Part shown: one piece after another, positions 1 through 8,951 of the stretch | How positions within the stretch are numbered: position 1 is the first letter of the stretch | How the letters are laid out: the number at the start of each line of letters is the position of its first letter | Source of the DNA: a candidate division FCPU426 bacterium | GTDB taxonomy: Bacteria > Oederibacteriota > Muellerivitia > Muellerivitales > Muellerivitaceae | Direction of reading: 5' to 3' | DNA: 64,000 nucleotides | Assembly (NCBI GenBank): GCA_963771075.1 | Contig: CAVYSE010000011.1 | Coordinates: 32,001 to 96,000 of the forward strand | Notes under the pieces: model-generated | Told to the model about the DNA's origin: nothing | Database searches by the model: none | The model's input: only the letters and a program-made list of their open reading frames with translations | Position numbers and translations under genes: made by a program

Positions 1-885
1 TGTCCTGGCGGTCCTTTCCCTGCCTGGATTTTTCGTGGTGCTGAATCTGGGGCATGAATTACCCAAAGCCTACACCTTTCTTTCTTCCACCCATTGGGAT
101 GAGAAAAGCCAATGGCTCCTGAACGTCCTCAAAAGCTGGAACTTCGGACCCCTTTTGAACGCCCTGGGGCTGGACAATCCGCAGGCCGAGGCGGGGCTCC
201 TGCGGGAGATGGCCAATTTGATGCAAAGCCTCTCGGACATGGTCTTGGACAAGGTGACTTATGTATTAAGGAACCTGGCGGGGTTCCTGTTGGAGATCAT
301 TTTCACCACAGTGGCTCTGTTTTTCTTTTTCCGGGATGGTTCCCGGCTGGCCTTGAAGGCCATTGAGTTTCTGCCCATGGAGGCAGTTACCGGGACAAGA
401 TGGTGCATGTTTTTTCCGTAACGGTCACGGCGGTGGTACGGGCGATCTTCCTGACGGCCCTCCTTCAGGGAGTCCTGGCCGGGTTGGGTTTTGTCGTGGT
501 GGGGATGCCCCTTCCCATTCTTTTGGGCTTGGTGGCCTTCATCAACGCCTTTATTCCCTTCCTGGGGGCGGCTTCCGTCTGGATTCCATCCAGCCTATGG
601 CTCCTGTACCAGGGGCAGGTGGGTCCGGGAATCGGACTGATCTTTTGGGGGATTTTTTTGACGGTACTCGACCAAATCCTGCGTCCTTGGTTGATCGGCA
701 ACGAGGCGAAGATTTCAGCCTTTTGGCTTTTTTTCACCACCATCGGCGGGCTTAAGGTTTACGGCCTACTGGGCATCTTCCTGGGACCCATTATCCTGGC
801 GCTGGGGCTGGCCTTTTTGGCCATCTACCGGGAAGTTTATCTGCCTCAGGAGAAACCGGCCAGAAAAGGCAGGATTTCCGGCTGA
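1..885 (+). CDS. AI-2E family (PerM/YdiK-like) transporter, 5' end outside window, frameshifted near 410
   Basis: ORFs 35-421 (LFFFFRDG) and 400-885 (ALLQGVLAGLGF...FIPFLG...DQILRPWLIG...GLLGIFLGP) are the two halves of an AI-2E permease; the break is at a T-run near 410-415. Confidence 0.85.
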
Positions 886-1007
886 GGGTCCACTTGTATT
901 TTGGTTTCCCCCACCCAAACAATAAGCCCATGTCATCGTCGCCACCCCCTGTGGCCGGGTGGAAATTCAACCTTGAACAGTTTTTTGGAAATTTGGGAGG
1001 CTGAATC

Positions 1008-2177
1008 ATGCGGTACCGCGTTTTGGGTAATACCGGGCTTCAAGTGAGTGAGATTGGGTTTGGCGCATGGGCCATCGGTGGTTCCATGTGGGGGCCCCAG
1101 GATGACACCGAATCCAAATTGGCGCTCCATCAAGCCCTGGACCAGGGTTATCAATTCATTGATACCGCCCTTGTGTATGGGGACGGGCATAGCGAGAAGC
1201 TGATCGCCTCCGTTCTCAAGGAACGGTCCGAGAAGCCGGTGATTGCCTCCAAAATTCCCCCCAAGAACTGGCAATGGGACGTCAAACCCGGCACGCCCCT
1301 GGAGGAAGCCTTTCCCGCCGACTGGGTGACGGCCAAAACCGAGGAATCCCTACGGAACCTGGGCGTGGACTGCCTGCAGGTTCAGCAGCTCCACACCTGG
1401 AGCGCCGAATGGAATACCCAGTGCGAGCCTCTTCTTTCCGCGGTGGCAAAACTGAAAAAAGAGGGAAAGATCCGGGCCTTCGGACTGTCCCTTCGCGACA
1501 AGGGAAGCGATGAGGCTAACGACCTAATCCGCTGGCGGCAGGTGGATACCCTCCAGATATTTTTCAATTTGTTCTATCAGGAACCGATCCAGAGGGTTTT
1601 CCCGTTAGCGGGGCAATATGGGGTTGGCATTATCGCCCGGGTCCCACTGGCTTTCGGGGCCTTGAGCGGCAAATTCAACCCGAAAACGCATTTTGAGGGG
1701 GATGATCACCGCGCCCGGCTTTACCAAGGGGAGAACCTGAAGGTCACTTTAAAGAAGGTGGAGAAGTTGAAATTCCTAAAAAGCAGGTCCATGAGCCTGG
1801 GGGAAGCCGCCCTCAAATGGACATTGGCCTATCCCCAGGTTTCGACCGCCATTCCCGGTATCCGCAATCCCCGTCAGGCGGTCATGAACGCCTCGGCTGG
1901 CGAAGGACCGAAGCTTTCCCCTTCCCAGGTTGCCCAAGCCCGAAAGCTCTATGCCGTCAACTTCGGGCTGCCGGTTGTCCAGGCCCGAACGGACGCGGGG
2001 GTCCACGCGGTTCTGATGTCGGGAATCAAGATCATCCCGGGAAAATCGAAGAAATCAAAACCGGAAACCAAGAAAAAGTCTATTTCCCGGAAAGTTGCCA
2101 AAAAGAAAATCTTAAAGAGGCGGGCCAAGGGAAAAACCATTCGCAAAAATCATAAGCGTCAAAAGGGCAAAAAATGA
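1008..2177 (+). CDS. Aldo/keto reductase with a Lys-rich C-terminal extension
   Basis: MRYRVLGNTGLQVSEIGFGAWAIGG, DTALVYGDGHSE, SLRNLGVDCLQVQQLH, IIARVPLAFGALSGKF, AIPGIRNPRQ; SD GGAGG upstream. Confidence 0.92.
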   Translation: MRYRVLGNTGLQVSEIGFGAWAIGGSMWGPQDDTESKLALHQALDQGYQFIDTALVYGDGHSEKLIASVLKERSEKPVIASKIPPKNWQWDVKPGTPLEEAFPADWVTAKTEESLRNLGVDCLQVQQLHTWSAEWNTQCEPLLSAVAKLKKEGKIRAFGLSLRDKGSDEANDLIRWRQVDTLQIFFNLFYQEPIQRVFPLAGQYGVGIIARVPLAFGALSGKFNPKTHFEGDDHRARLYQGENLKVTLKKVEKLKFLKSRSMSLGEAALKWTLAYPQVSTAIPGIRNPRQAVMNASAGEGPKLSPSQVAQARKLYAVNFGLPVVQARTDAGVHAVLMSGIKIIPGKSKKSKPETKKKSISRKVAKKKILKRRAKGKTIRKNHKRQKGKK

Positions 2178-2737
2178 TCAAACCGTGGAAATTCTTGAGT
2201 GAGACGGTGGATTACGACTGCGGCTATTTCAAGGTCTTGGTCAGGGTTTGCGCTTCCCCTTTTACGGGAGCCAGATATCCCTTTTATGTTTTGGCGACCC
2301 ATTCCTGGACCAATATCGTCGCCCTCACGCAGGAGGGAAAAGTACTGATGGTCAACCAGTTCCGCCATGGGACGAAGGAAATGAGCCTGGAAGTGCCGGG
2401 CGGGGCGGTGGATGAGAAGGACTCGGATCCTTTGGAGGCGGCCAAAAGGGAGTTGAAGGAGGAAACGGGGCATGAGGCCGACGAGTGGCATTTGATCGGG
2501 GCCACCCATCCTAATCCGGCCATCCTGGATAACACTTGTTACCTTTACCTGGCCCTGGGAGCCCGAAGGGTGGCCGATCTGAGCTTGGACGATGCGGAAG
2601 AACTGGAGGTCCGGGCGTACGACTTGGCCGAAATTCCCAGCTTGATCCGGACCGGGAAGATAAGGCATGCCTTGGTCATCGCGGCCTTCCATTATTTGGA
2701 GCTATTCCGAAGGGAAAACCCAGGGAAAATTGCATAG
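2174..2737 (+). CDS. NUDIX hydrolase (ADP-ribose pyrophosphatase-like)
   Basis: Nudix box PGGAVDEKDSDPLEAAKRELKEETG, plus QFRHG and LDDAEELEV; ATGA overlap with the upstream gene. Confidence 0.9.
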   Translation: MIKPWKFLSETVDYDCGYFKVLVRVCASPFTGARYPFYVLATHSWTNIVALTQEGKVLMVNQFRHGTKEMSLEVPGGAVDEKDSDPLEAAKRELKEETGHEADEWHLIGATHPNPAILDNTCYLYLALGARRVADLSLDDAEELEVRAYDLAEIPSLIRTGKIRHALVIAAFHYLELFRRENPGKIA

Positions 2738-2800
2738 CGGGAACAACAGTTACACAATTTGGGAAATCACGCCGGTGAATGAAAATATGGGTTGAACCCC

Positions 2801-2829
2801 TTGCGTCCATTTTCATTCAAGAGTAATTT
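2801..2829 (+). promoter_or_regulatory. Putative sigma70 promoter of the NYN gene
   Basis: TTGCGT-17 nt-TAATTT, about 50 nt upstream of the ATG, which has an AAGGAG SD. Confidence 0.4.
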
Positions 2830-2879
2830 AAGAAACCCCGGTCATCCGGGGACCGATTGAAAATTAAGGAGCACGTCTT

Positions 2880-3479
2880 ATGTCTCGTGTATGCGTCTTT
2901 ATCGATGGAAGCAATCTCTATTTCGCGCTCAAACGCAATAATAAAATGACTCGGGTGGATTACTACCGATTCTCCCTAGCTTTGGCGGGCGAGAAACGAA
3001 AATTGATGCGGACCTTTTACTACAACGCTGTATTCGACTCAACCCATTTTTCCGACAAGGCCAAGAGCCAGCAATCCTTTTTCGACTCGCTGGACCGCAC
3101 CCCCTATTTGGAATTGCGCCTGGGCCGCATCATCCAAAACCGGGAGGGGCACCGGATGGAAAAGGGCGTGGATGTCCGCATGGCCGCCGACATGGTTTTT
3201 TACGCCGCGCGCGACCTTTACGATACCGCCATCGTGGTGACCGAGGACCAGGACTTTTCCCCCGCCATGGGATTGGTGAAGGAACTTGGAAAACACGTGG
3301 AACTGGCCGTGTTTCCTGACGCCCAAAGCCGGGAAATGATCCGCACCGCCGATAAGCTGTTGAACCTGGAGGAGTTGGTGAATTCCCACGCCAACCTGAT
3401 TTTCCCGCCCGCGCAGGGCGGTGAAGAGAGAAGCCCGGGGAACGGCAGCGGGGATGAGGAACTCGCTTACGGGGTTTAA
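2880..3479 (+). CDS. NYN domain (LabA/DUF88, PIN-like) protein
   Basis: VFIDGSNLY, EKGVDVRMAADM, DTAIVVTEDQDFSP, ELGKHVE motifs. Confidence 0.9.
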   Translation: MSRVCVFIDGSNLYFALKRNNKMTRVDYYRFSLALAGEKRKLMRTFYYNAVFDSTHFSDKAKSQQSFFDSLDRTPYLELRLGRIIQNREGHRMEKGVDVRMAADMVFYAARDLYDTAIVVTEDQDFSPAMGLVKELGKHVELAVFPDAQSREMIRTADKLLNLEELVNSHANLIFPPAQGGEERSPGNGSGDEELAYGV

Positions 3480-3498
3480 TCCTTCCTGTTGATATATG

Positions 3499-3535
3499 AA
3501 AAGCCCCTCTCCCAACCCGGGAAGGGGCTTTTTTT
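3499..3535. terminator. Rho-independent terminator, probably bidirectional
   Basis: AAAAGCCCCTCTCCC...GGGAAGGGGCTTTTTTT between convergent genes. Confidence 0.75.
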
Positions 3536-3552
3536 ATTTCCGAAGGGTTCGT

Positions 3553-4016
3553 TCAGGGAATAAACGAGAGGGATGGGTCGCGGTAAAAGAAAAATAAACT
3601 GGGATCACCGCCTTTTGACCCGCGGAGTTTTGTCCTTAAATGTTCCGCCCGATCCAAGAAACGGCGGTCGGAATCAACCATCCTCTCGGGCGGAATGACC
3701 TGGATCCAATCGATATCGTCCTCCCACAGGCCTCCCGGCGAAACCCCGGGTAGAGCGATTGTTTTTTCAGGAAGTCGAAAAATTCGGAAAGGGTGGCGAA
3801 CCCTTTCAGCGAAATCCTCAAGAAGAGGCCGTTCGGCCATAAAACGAAATCCCTCATGTTGTAAAGGTCGAGCATTTGGCCCTTCAGAAGCGTTTGGACC
3901 AACCGGTGGGATTGATAAAGATCCTGGAAATGGTCCGAAGAATCCCGAACCCGCAGTGAAATTTCATAGACCATTCCCCGCATCGGGAGAAGAGGAATAG
4001 GGGGAGTGTGGTTCAT
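3553..4016 (-). CDS. Degenerate REP-associated tyrosine transposase (RAYT/Y1)-fold protein lacking catalytic residues; frameshift near 3750
   Basis: Joined ORFs 3636-4016 and 3553-3840 give GMVYEISLRVRD...FQD...DFVLWPNGLFLRI...TLSEFFDFLKK...GLWEDDIDWIQVI, which follows the order of the RAYT blocks YFIT..R..F.D, YVLMPNHVHL, LS..M..LK and LWQ..YYDHII. Confidence 0.55.
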
Positions 4017-4145
4017 ATACCGCCGTTCGTGAAAGGGGCAAATCGAGACTCCTTCAGGACGGAAAATTAAGGAAACCGCAGACTCTATTCAGGGAATCAC
4101 CCGGGTCGGTTCCAATAAGGCCGAAAGCCCGAACGAACGGGCCCC

Positions 4146-4763
4146 TTAGCGCGGACTGAAGACTCCGACCACCTTGCCGATCACCCGGAAATCCTGATCC
4201 TCGGTCACGACAATAGGTTCGTATTTGGGGTTCGCCGGCTCCAGCACCACCCGGTTTCCGGTTTTGCGGAAGGTCTTCACCGTGGCCTCGCCTTCGATGA
4301 GGGCGACCACAATTTCCCCCGGCGAGGCGTGGGCCGTTTGTTGTACGATCACCTTGTCGCCGTGCAGAATGTGGGCGTTCAACATCGAATCGCCCCGCAC
4401 CGTCAAGGCGAACAGATGCCGCCCGCCCCGGGCCATGTGGGGGTCCACCACCATGGTGCCCTCCCGATTCTCCTCGGCTAATAGGGGGAGACCCGCGGCG
4501 ACCTTCCCCAGGATAGGGATGGAAATTCCGGTTGCAGGCTCATCCGTCAGGCGCAAGCCCCTCGCCGTGTGTTCTTCCCGCTTCAGGTAACCCTTTTCTT
4601 CAAGCGCGAGCAGGTGCTTGCGGGCGGATTGGGGAGAGCTCCATTTGAAGTGGCGCATGATGTCCCGGACGGTGGGAGGGCGGTGGCTTTCATTGAGATG
4701 TTGCTGCACGTAGTTCAGCACGTTGCGCTGGATGTCGGTCAAGGCTTCGTCATGGGGCGCCAT
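4146..4763 (-). CDS. lexA: SOS repressor LexA
   Basis: N-terminal wHTH (PPTVRDI...SPQSARKHLLALEEKGYL), Ala-Gly cleavage site VAAGLP, catalytic Ser (GDSM) and Lys (ATVK). Confidence 0.96.
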   Translation of the reverse strand: MAPHDEALTDIQRNVLNYVQQHLNESHRPPTVRDIMRHFKWSSPQSARKHLLALEEKGYLKREEHTARGLRLTDEPATGISIPILGKVAAGLPLLAEENREGTMVVDPHMARGGRHLFALTVRGDSMLNAHILHGDKVIVQQTAHASPGEIVVALIEGEATVKTFRKTGNRVVLEPANPKYEPIVVTEDQDFRVIGKVVGVFSPR

Positions 4764-4788
4764 TTTTTCTCCTTGGTTTTGAAAGGGG

Positions 4789-4845
4789 TTGTTTTTTAGG
4801 AATACCCTTGTATACTAGTATACAGCTGTATTCTTAGTCAAGCAA
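4789..4845. promoter_or_regulatory. Divergent lexA/radC promoters overlapped by the palindrome TGTATACTAGTATACA (candidate LexA operator)
   Basis: Perfect 16-bp palindrome 4809-4824; minus-strand TTGCTT-17-TATACT and plus-strand TTGTTT-16-TATACT both place their -10 inside it. Confidence 0.6.
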
Positions 4846-4858
4846 AAAAGGAGGCCCT

Positions 4859-5665
4859 ATGGCAACCGCCGCACCGCAGCCCCAAAGGTACAAAACCACA
4901 GGGAAGCCTGCTTTCCCTCCTGGTTCCGTCTCGTCCCGCCCCTTCGCTAGTGGAGCGGGAGGCTAATCCATCCGAGGCCGAGAAATCGGTCCGCCCGATT
5001 ACCTGGGCCATCGAAAGAGGCTGAAGGAACGCTACGCCGAGTCCGGGTTGAAGGGCCTGCGCGATTACGAACTGGTGGAACTGCTCCTAAGCTATTCCAT
5101 CCCCCACCGGGACACCAAACCCTACGCCAAACGGCTCTTGGCGGTATTTAAAAACCTGCGCAGCGTGCTGGAAGCGGACCTGAAAAGCCTGGAAAAACTG
5201 GGCGGGTTACCCACCCAAAGCGCGCTCCATTTCAAGGCCATGGGCGACCTGTTCCGGCTTTCTTCCCGGGAACAATTCAAGCGCGGCCGGGCCCTTTCCG
5301 GCCCCGGCGACGCCGCGGATTTTTTCCGCGAACAGATCGGCAATCGTCCCCGTGAAGTATTTGCGGTTCTGTTCGTCGATCACCGCAACCATTTGATTTC
5401 CTACGAGCCGCTGCAGGAAGGCACGGTGGACCATACGGCGGTTTATCCCCGCGAAATCCTCAGGAAGGCCCTGGACCTGAACGCCTCGGGGCTTTTACTC
5501 GCCCATAACCATCCCGGGGGAAGTTTGGAAGCGTCCGAGGGGGACCGCCAGTTAACCCGGCAGATCGTGACGGCTTCCCGGGCCATGGGCATCACGGTGC
5601 ACGACCATTTGATCGTGACGGCGGAAGGTCATTTTTCCTTCCGGCAGGCGGGGTTGTTGGCCTGA
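4859..5665 (+). CDS. radC: RadC/JAB-domain (UPF0758) protein; start uncertain, in-frame TAA at 4964-4966
   Basis: YLGHRKRLKER, LRDYELVELLL, EGTVDHTAVYPREI, AHNHPGG...S..D, DHLIV; SD AAGGAGG before ATG 4859, which is in the same frame. Confidence 0.88.
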
Positions 5666-5695
5666 AAAAAAGATTCAAGCCATAGGGAGAAAAAA

Positions 5696-6049
5696 ATGAT
5701 AGAACCCCAAAACGCCTTGAGCGATATCCTGGGCCTGACCGGAATATTCCGCCTGGAGAAAGGATGCTGGCCCCTGCATGCGGCACAGCTGCAGGGCTTC
5801 GCCCTGGGATTCAACCGTTCGCTGGATTTTAGGTCTTTCCAGAAGTTCCGTTTTGAACCGAAAGGGACCGGGGAGTTGGTCGTTGAAATTTTAATAACAA
5901 CACCCGGCTCCGAATGGTCCAGGCGGTGCCAAGCACGAATCCTTTTGATGAATGATAACCGGTCCTCGAAAGATACCCTGCTTCACGCGATCACGCTTCA
6001 AGCCCTTCCTTCCCAGAAGGTGGAACCCAAAAGTTATTGCCTGATTTGA
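5696..6049 (+). CDS. Hypothetical protein (117 aa)
   Basis: ATG with AGGGAGA SD 30 nt after radC; no family recognised. Confidence 0.55.
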   Translation: MIEPQNALSDILGLTGIFRLEKGCWPLHAAQLQGFALGFNRSLDFRSFQKFRFEPKGTGELVVEILITTPGSEWSRRCQARILLMNDNRSSKDTLLHAITLQALPSQKVEPKSYCLI

Positions 6050-6091
6050 GATTCAGCCTATTGAAGGACTCCGCCCGCGGGAAAACGGAAT

Positions 6092-6122
6092 AAAAAAAGG
6101 GAACGCCTTGAGCGGTCCCTTT
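6092..6122 (-). terminator. Rho-independent terminator of fabI
   Basis: Minus strand AAAGGGACCGC-TCAAG-GCGTTCCCTTTTTTT. Confidence 0.65.
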
Positions 6123-6146
6123 GGGGTTTGGTTTGAAAGACTCGGC

Positions 6147-6950
6147 TTACTTCGCCGGGCCTTCCTCTTTCTTCTCGTCGAATCGCATGCCGATGATGTT
6201 GGCGCCCGCGTCCACGTAGAGGATGTCGCCGGTGACGCCCGAGGCCCAATCGCTGGCCAAGTAAAGGGCGGTCTTGCCTACTTCCTCCTGGCTGACGTTG
6301 CGTTTCAAGGGGGTCATCCCCTCGGAGGTCTTCAGCATGGTTTTGAATCCTCCCACGCCGGAGGCGGCGAGTGTCTTGATGGCGCCCGCGGAGATGGCGT
6401 TCACTCGGATTCCCTTGGGGCCCAAATCGGCGGCCAGGTATCGCACGGTGGCTTCCAGGGCGGCCTTGGCCACGCCCATCACGTTGTAATTGGGGATCAC
6501 CTTCTGGGAACCGTAATAGGTCAAGGTGATGATGCTGGCGTTGGGGTTCAAAAGCGCGATAGCCGGGCGGGTTACGGCGATGAGACTGTAAGCCGACACG
6601 TCCAGGGCCAATTGAAACCCGGCGCGGGAAGTGGTGGAAAAGGGGTTCGCCAGTTCTTCCTTATTCGCGAAGGCGATGCAATGCACCAAAATATCGAATT
6701 TTCCCCAGGTCCTTTCCACTTCTTTGTAGAAAAGCTCGATCTGGTCGTCTTTCGAGACGTCGCAAGGGAAAACCAGCTTGGCGTTAACGGACTCCGCCAG
6801 TGGCCGTACGCGTTTTTCCAGGGCTTCCCCGAGAAAATTAAAGCCCAGCTCGGCTCCTTCCTCGTGGAAGGCCTGGGCGATACCCCAGGCGATGGACCGG
6901 TCGTTGGCCACCCCGAAGATTAAAGCTTTCTTACCGCTTAACAAACCCAT
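6147..6950 (-). CDS. fabI: Enoyl-ACP reductase
   Basis: GKKALIFGVANDRSIAWGIA, YNVMGVAKAALEATVRYLA, IRVNAISAGAIKTLAASG. Confidence 0.96.
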   Translation of the reverse strand: MGLLSGKKALIFGVANDRSIAWGIAQAFHEEGAELGFNFLGEALEKRVRPLAESVNAKLVFPCDVSKDDQIELFYKEVERTWGKFDILVHCIAFANKEELANPFSTTSRAGFQLALDVSAYSLIAVTRPAIALLNPNASIITLTYYGSQKVIPNYNVMGVAKAALEATVRYLAADLGPKGIRVNAISAGAIKTLAASGVGGFKTMLKTSEGMTPLKRNVSQEEVGKTALYLASDWASGVTGDILYVDAGANIIGMRFDEKKEEGPAK

Positions 6951-7162
6951 GGCTCAATCCTTTTCGTCATGTTGGATTCTGTAGTAATGAATGGGAATCT
7001 CCCCTTTTTAGAGCCCCATAAGTTAGCCTTTTTCCTTGGGAGTTTAAAGACCAAAAAAATACGGTATGGGCTCCCATCCGTCCGAAAACCCCTAAAAGCC
7101 TTCTGGAGATTGGGTCTCAGGGGGGGTTACCATGGGCTACCAAGCTGGAAAAGGAAGGCGGC

Positions 7163-7468
7163 ATGATTCGACATATCGTTCTCTGGAAACTGAAGGACAA
7201 CGCCCGGGGATTCTCGCGCGGCGAGATCGCGGTAGAGTTGAAGCGACGGTTGGAGGGGTTAAAGGAATTGATCCCGGACCTGGTGGAGCTGAAGGTGGGT
7301 TTCGAATTCCGCTCTCCCGCTCCTTCCTATGAAGTTTGCCTGAACACTCTTTTCAAGAACGAGCAGGGCCTGGCGAATTACCAGGGTCACCCGGAACACG
7401 TGAAAGTGGCGGACTTCGTGAGGGAGGTCACGTCCGACCGCGCGGCGGTGGATTACCAGACCGACTAA
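7163..7468 (+). CDS. Dabb (stress-responsive A/B barrel) family protein
   Basis: MIRHIVLWKLK...L..YQGHPEH...RAAVDY. Confidence 0.9.
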   Translation: MIRHIVLWKLKDNARGFSRGEIAVELKRRLEGLKELIPDLVELKVGFEFRSPAPSYEVCLNTLFKNEQGLANYQGHPEHVKVADFVREVTSDRAAVDYQTD

Positions 7469-7474
7469 AGAGTT

Positions 7475-7640
7475 TTACCCGCGAAGCCGCGAAGAAAAAC
7501 TTTATTCGATGTGGCCCTTGAATTAAAACCAATCGGCCGACAATTCTATGGCGTCAAGAAATATTTCAACACCGACGAAGTAGAAACGATGGATGAAACC
7601 CGGATTTCATTTTTAGTTTTTCAGCTTTTCTTCGCGGTAA
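7475..7640. repeat. Intergenic inverted-repeat element, (C/A)CGCGAAG family
   Basis: Left TTACCCGCGAAGCCGCGAAGAAAA, right TTTTCTTCGCGGTAA. Confidence 0.65.
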
Positions 7641-7660
7641 TAAAGGAGAACTAGGCTCCC

Positions 7661-8512
7661 ATGAAAAAGAAAAAAAGCTCAACCACCCCGGCGGTGTCCG
7701 CCAAAAACAAAAATAAATCCCCGCTTCGAATCGCCACCTTCAACGCCAACTCTATCCGGGTTCGCATGCAAATCCTCCTGAACTGGCTTGAGAAAAACCA
7801 GCCGGATGTTTTGGCGGTTCAGGAAATCAAGGTGAGGGACGAGGAGTTTCCCCGGGAACCTATCGAGGAAGCCGGGTGGCAGGTGGTTTTCAACGGGCAA
7901 AAAAGTTACAACGGCGTCGCGTTCATCTCCAAAAAGCCCATCACGAACATCGAGAAGCGCCTTTATCCCAAGGAAGCGGAGGAACAAGCCCGTTTTCTCA
8001 CGGGCGATTACGAGGGCGTCCGGTTGGTCAACACCTACATTCCCCAGGGCCATTCCATCGACTCGGAAAAATACCAGTACAAACTGAAGTTCATGAAAGA
8101 CCTCCGGACGTACTTTGAAAAAAATGTCGGGCCCGGCACCCCCGCCCTTTGGATGGGCGACCTGAACGTGGCGCCCACGGAAATCGACCTGAATAATCCC
8201 AAGGGCAACCTGAACCACCCCTGCTTCCACATCGACGCCCGCAAGGCCTTGGTGGAAATCATGGGGACGAAATGGAAGGATCTTTTTCGAGAGAAGGTCA
8301 AGGAGGGAGGCCACTACACTTTTTGGGATATGCGCCAACCCGGGGCTTTCGAAAGGAACCTGGGCTGGAGAATTGACTTCATCATGGGTACGGACCCGAT
8401 GGCGGATCGGTTGGAAAAGATTTGGATCGATACTAAACCAAGGGGGTTGGAAAAACCCTCCGACCATACCTTTTTAGTGGGTGATTTCTCCGCCCCAAGG
8501 CGGCCCAGCTAA
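7661..8512 (+). CDS. xth: Exodeoxyribonuclease III / AP endonuclease
   Basis: IATFNANSIRVR, DVLAVQEIK, GQKSYNGVA, MGDLNVAP, GWRIDFI, SDH. Confidence 0.95.
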   Translation: MKKKKSSTTPAVSAKNKNKSPLRIATFNANSIRVRMQILLNWLEKNQPDVLAVQEIKVRDEEFPREPIEEAGWQVVFNGQKSYNGVAFISKKPITNIEKRLYPKEAEEQARFLTGDYEGVRLVNTYIPQGHSIDSEKYQYKLKFMKDLRTYFEKNVGPGTPALWMGDLNVAPTEIDLNNPKGNLNHPCFHIDARKALVEIMGTKWKDLFREKVKEGGHYTFWDMRQPGAFERNLGWRIDFIMGTDPMADRLEKIWIDTKPRGLEKPSDHTFLVGDFSAPRRPS

Positions 8513-8796
8513 AATCATTCCGCTTGGGAGAAGTGAAAGCTAAGGGGTTCTAAGAACTATCAAGAGAACTTAATTTTCAAGACTTCGGGACTTAATCTTA
8601 TTTTGGTACGCCTATTGCATGATTTATGTTCTGAAAAATGGGTTAAGAGCGGGGTTTCCAGGGGGCAATCGAATTCGGGACTGGTTAAAAACGACGATGG
8701 GGAGCGAATCCCCAACCCTGCCCAGCCTGATAGGGTAAAGCCCAAGCGGTGGTGTAAGTTACGGAACCGTTTACCAAACAATTAGTTGAACGTTAA

Positions 8797-8825
8797 TTGA
8801 CACTCAATTTCATTAGGGGGATAAT
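8797..8825 (+). promoter_or_regulatory. Sigma70-type promoter of the pilin cluster
   Basis: TTGACA (8797-8802)-17 nt-GATAAT (8820-8825). Confidence 0.6.
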
Positions 8826-8951
8826 AAAACTGTCCTCAAGTATTGCGGGCTTCCAGGGAGTTGCCGCTCCGGCCTGTTCCTTACTAAAACTGTAAAAATC
8901 ATTTAAAATTCAAGCATAAAGCAAGATTAAAAGCTGGGGAGCGGTCTTCTC

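Noticed and set aside
2880..5665. Prophage or defence island suggested by NYN, LexA-like repressor and RadC
   Set aside because: LexA looks like the canonical SOS repressor, there are no integrase or phage genes, and the flanks are housekeeping genes of similar composition
8513..8951. Possible riboswitch (e.g. c-di-GMP) upstream of the pilin cluster
   Set aside because: No recognisable aptamer consensus by eye; an Rfam scan would be needed to exclude it
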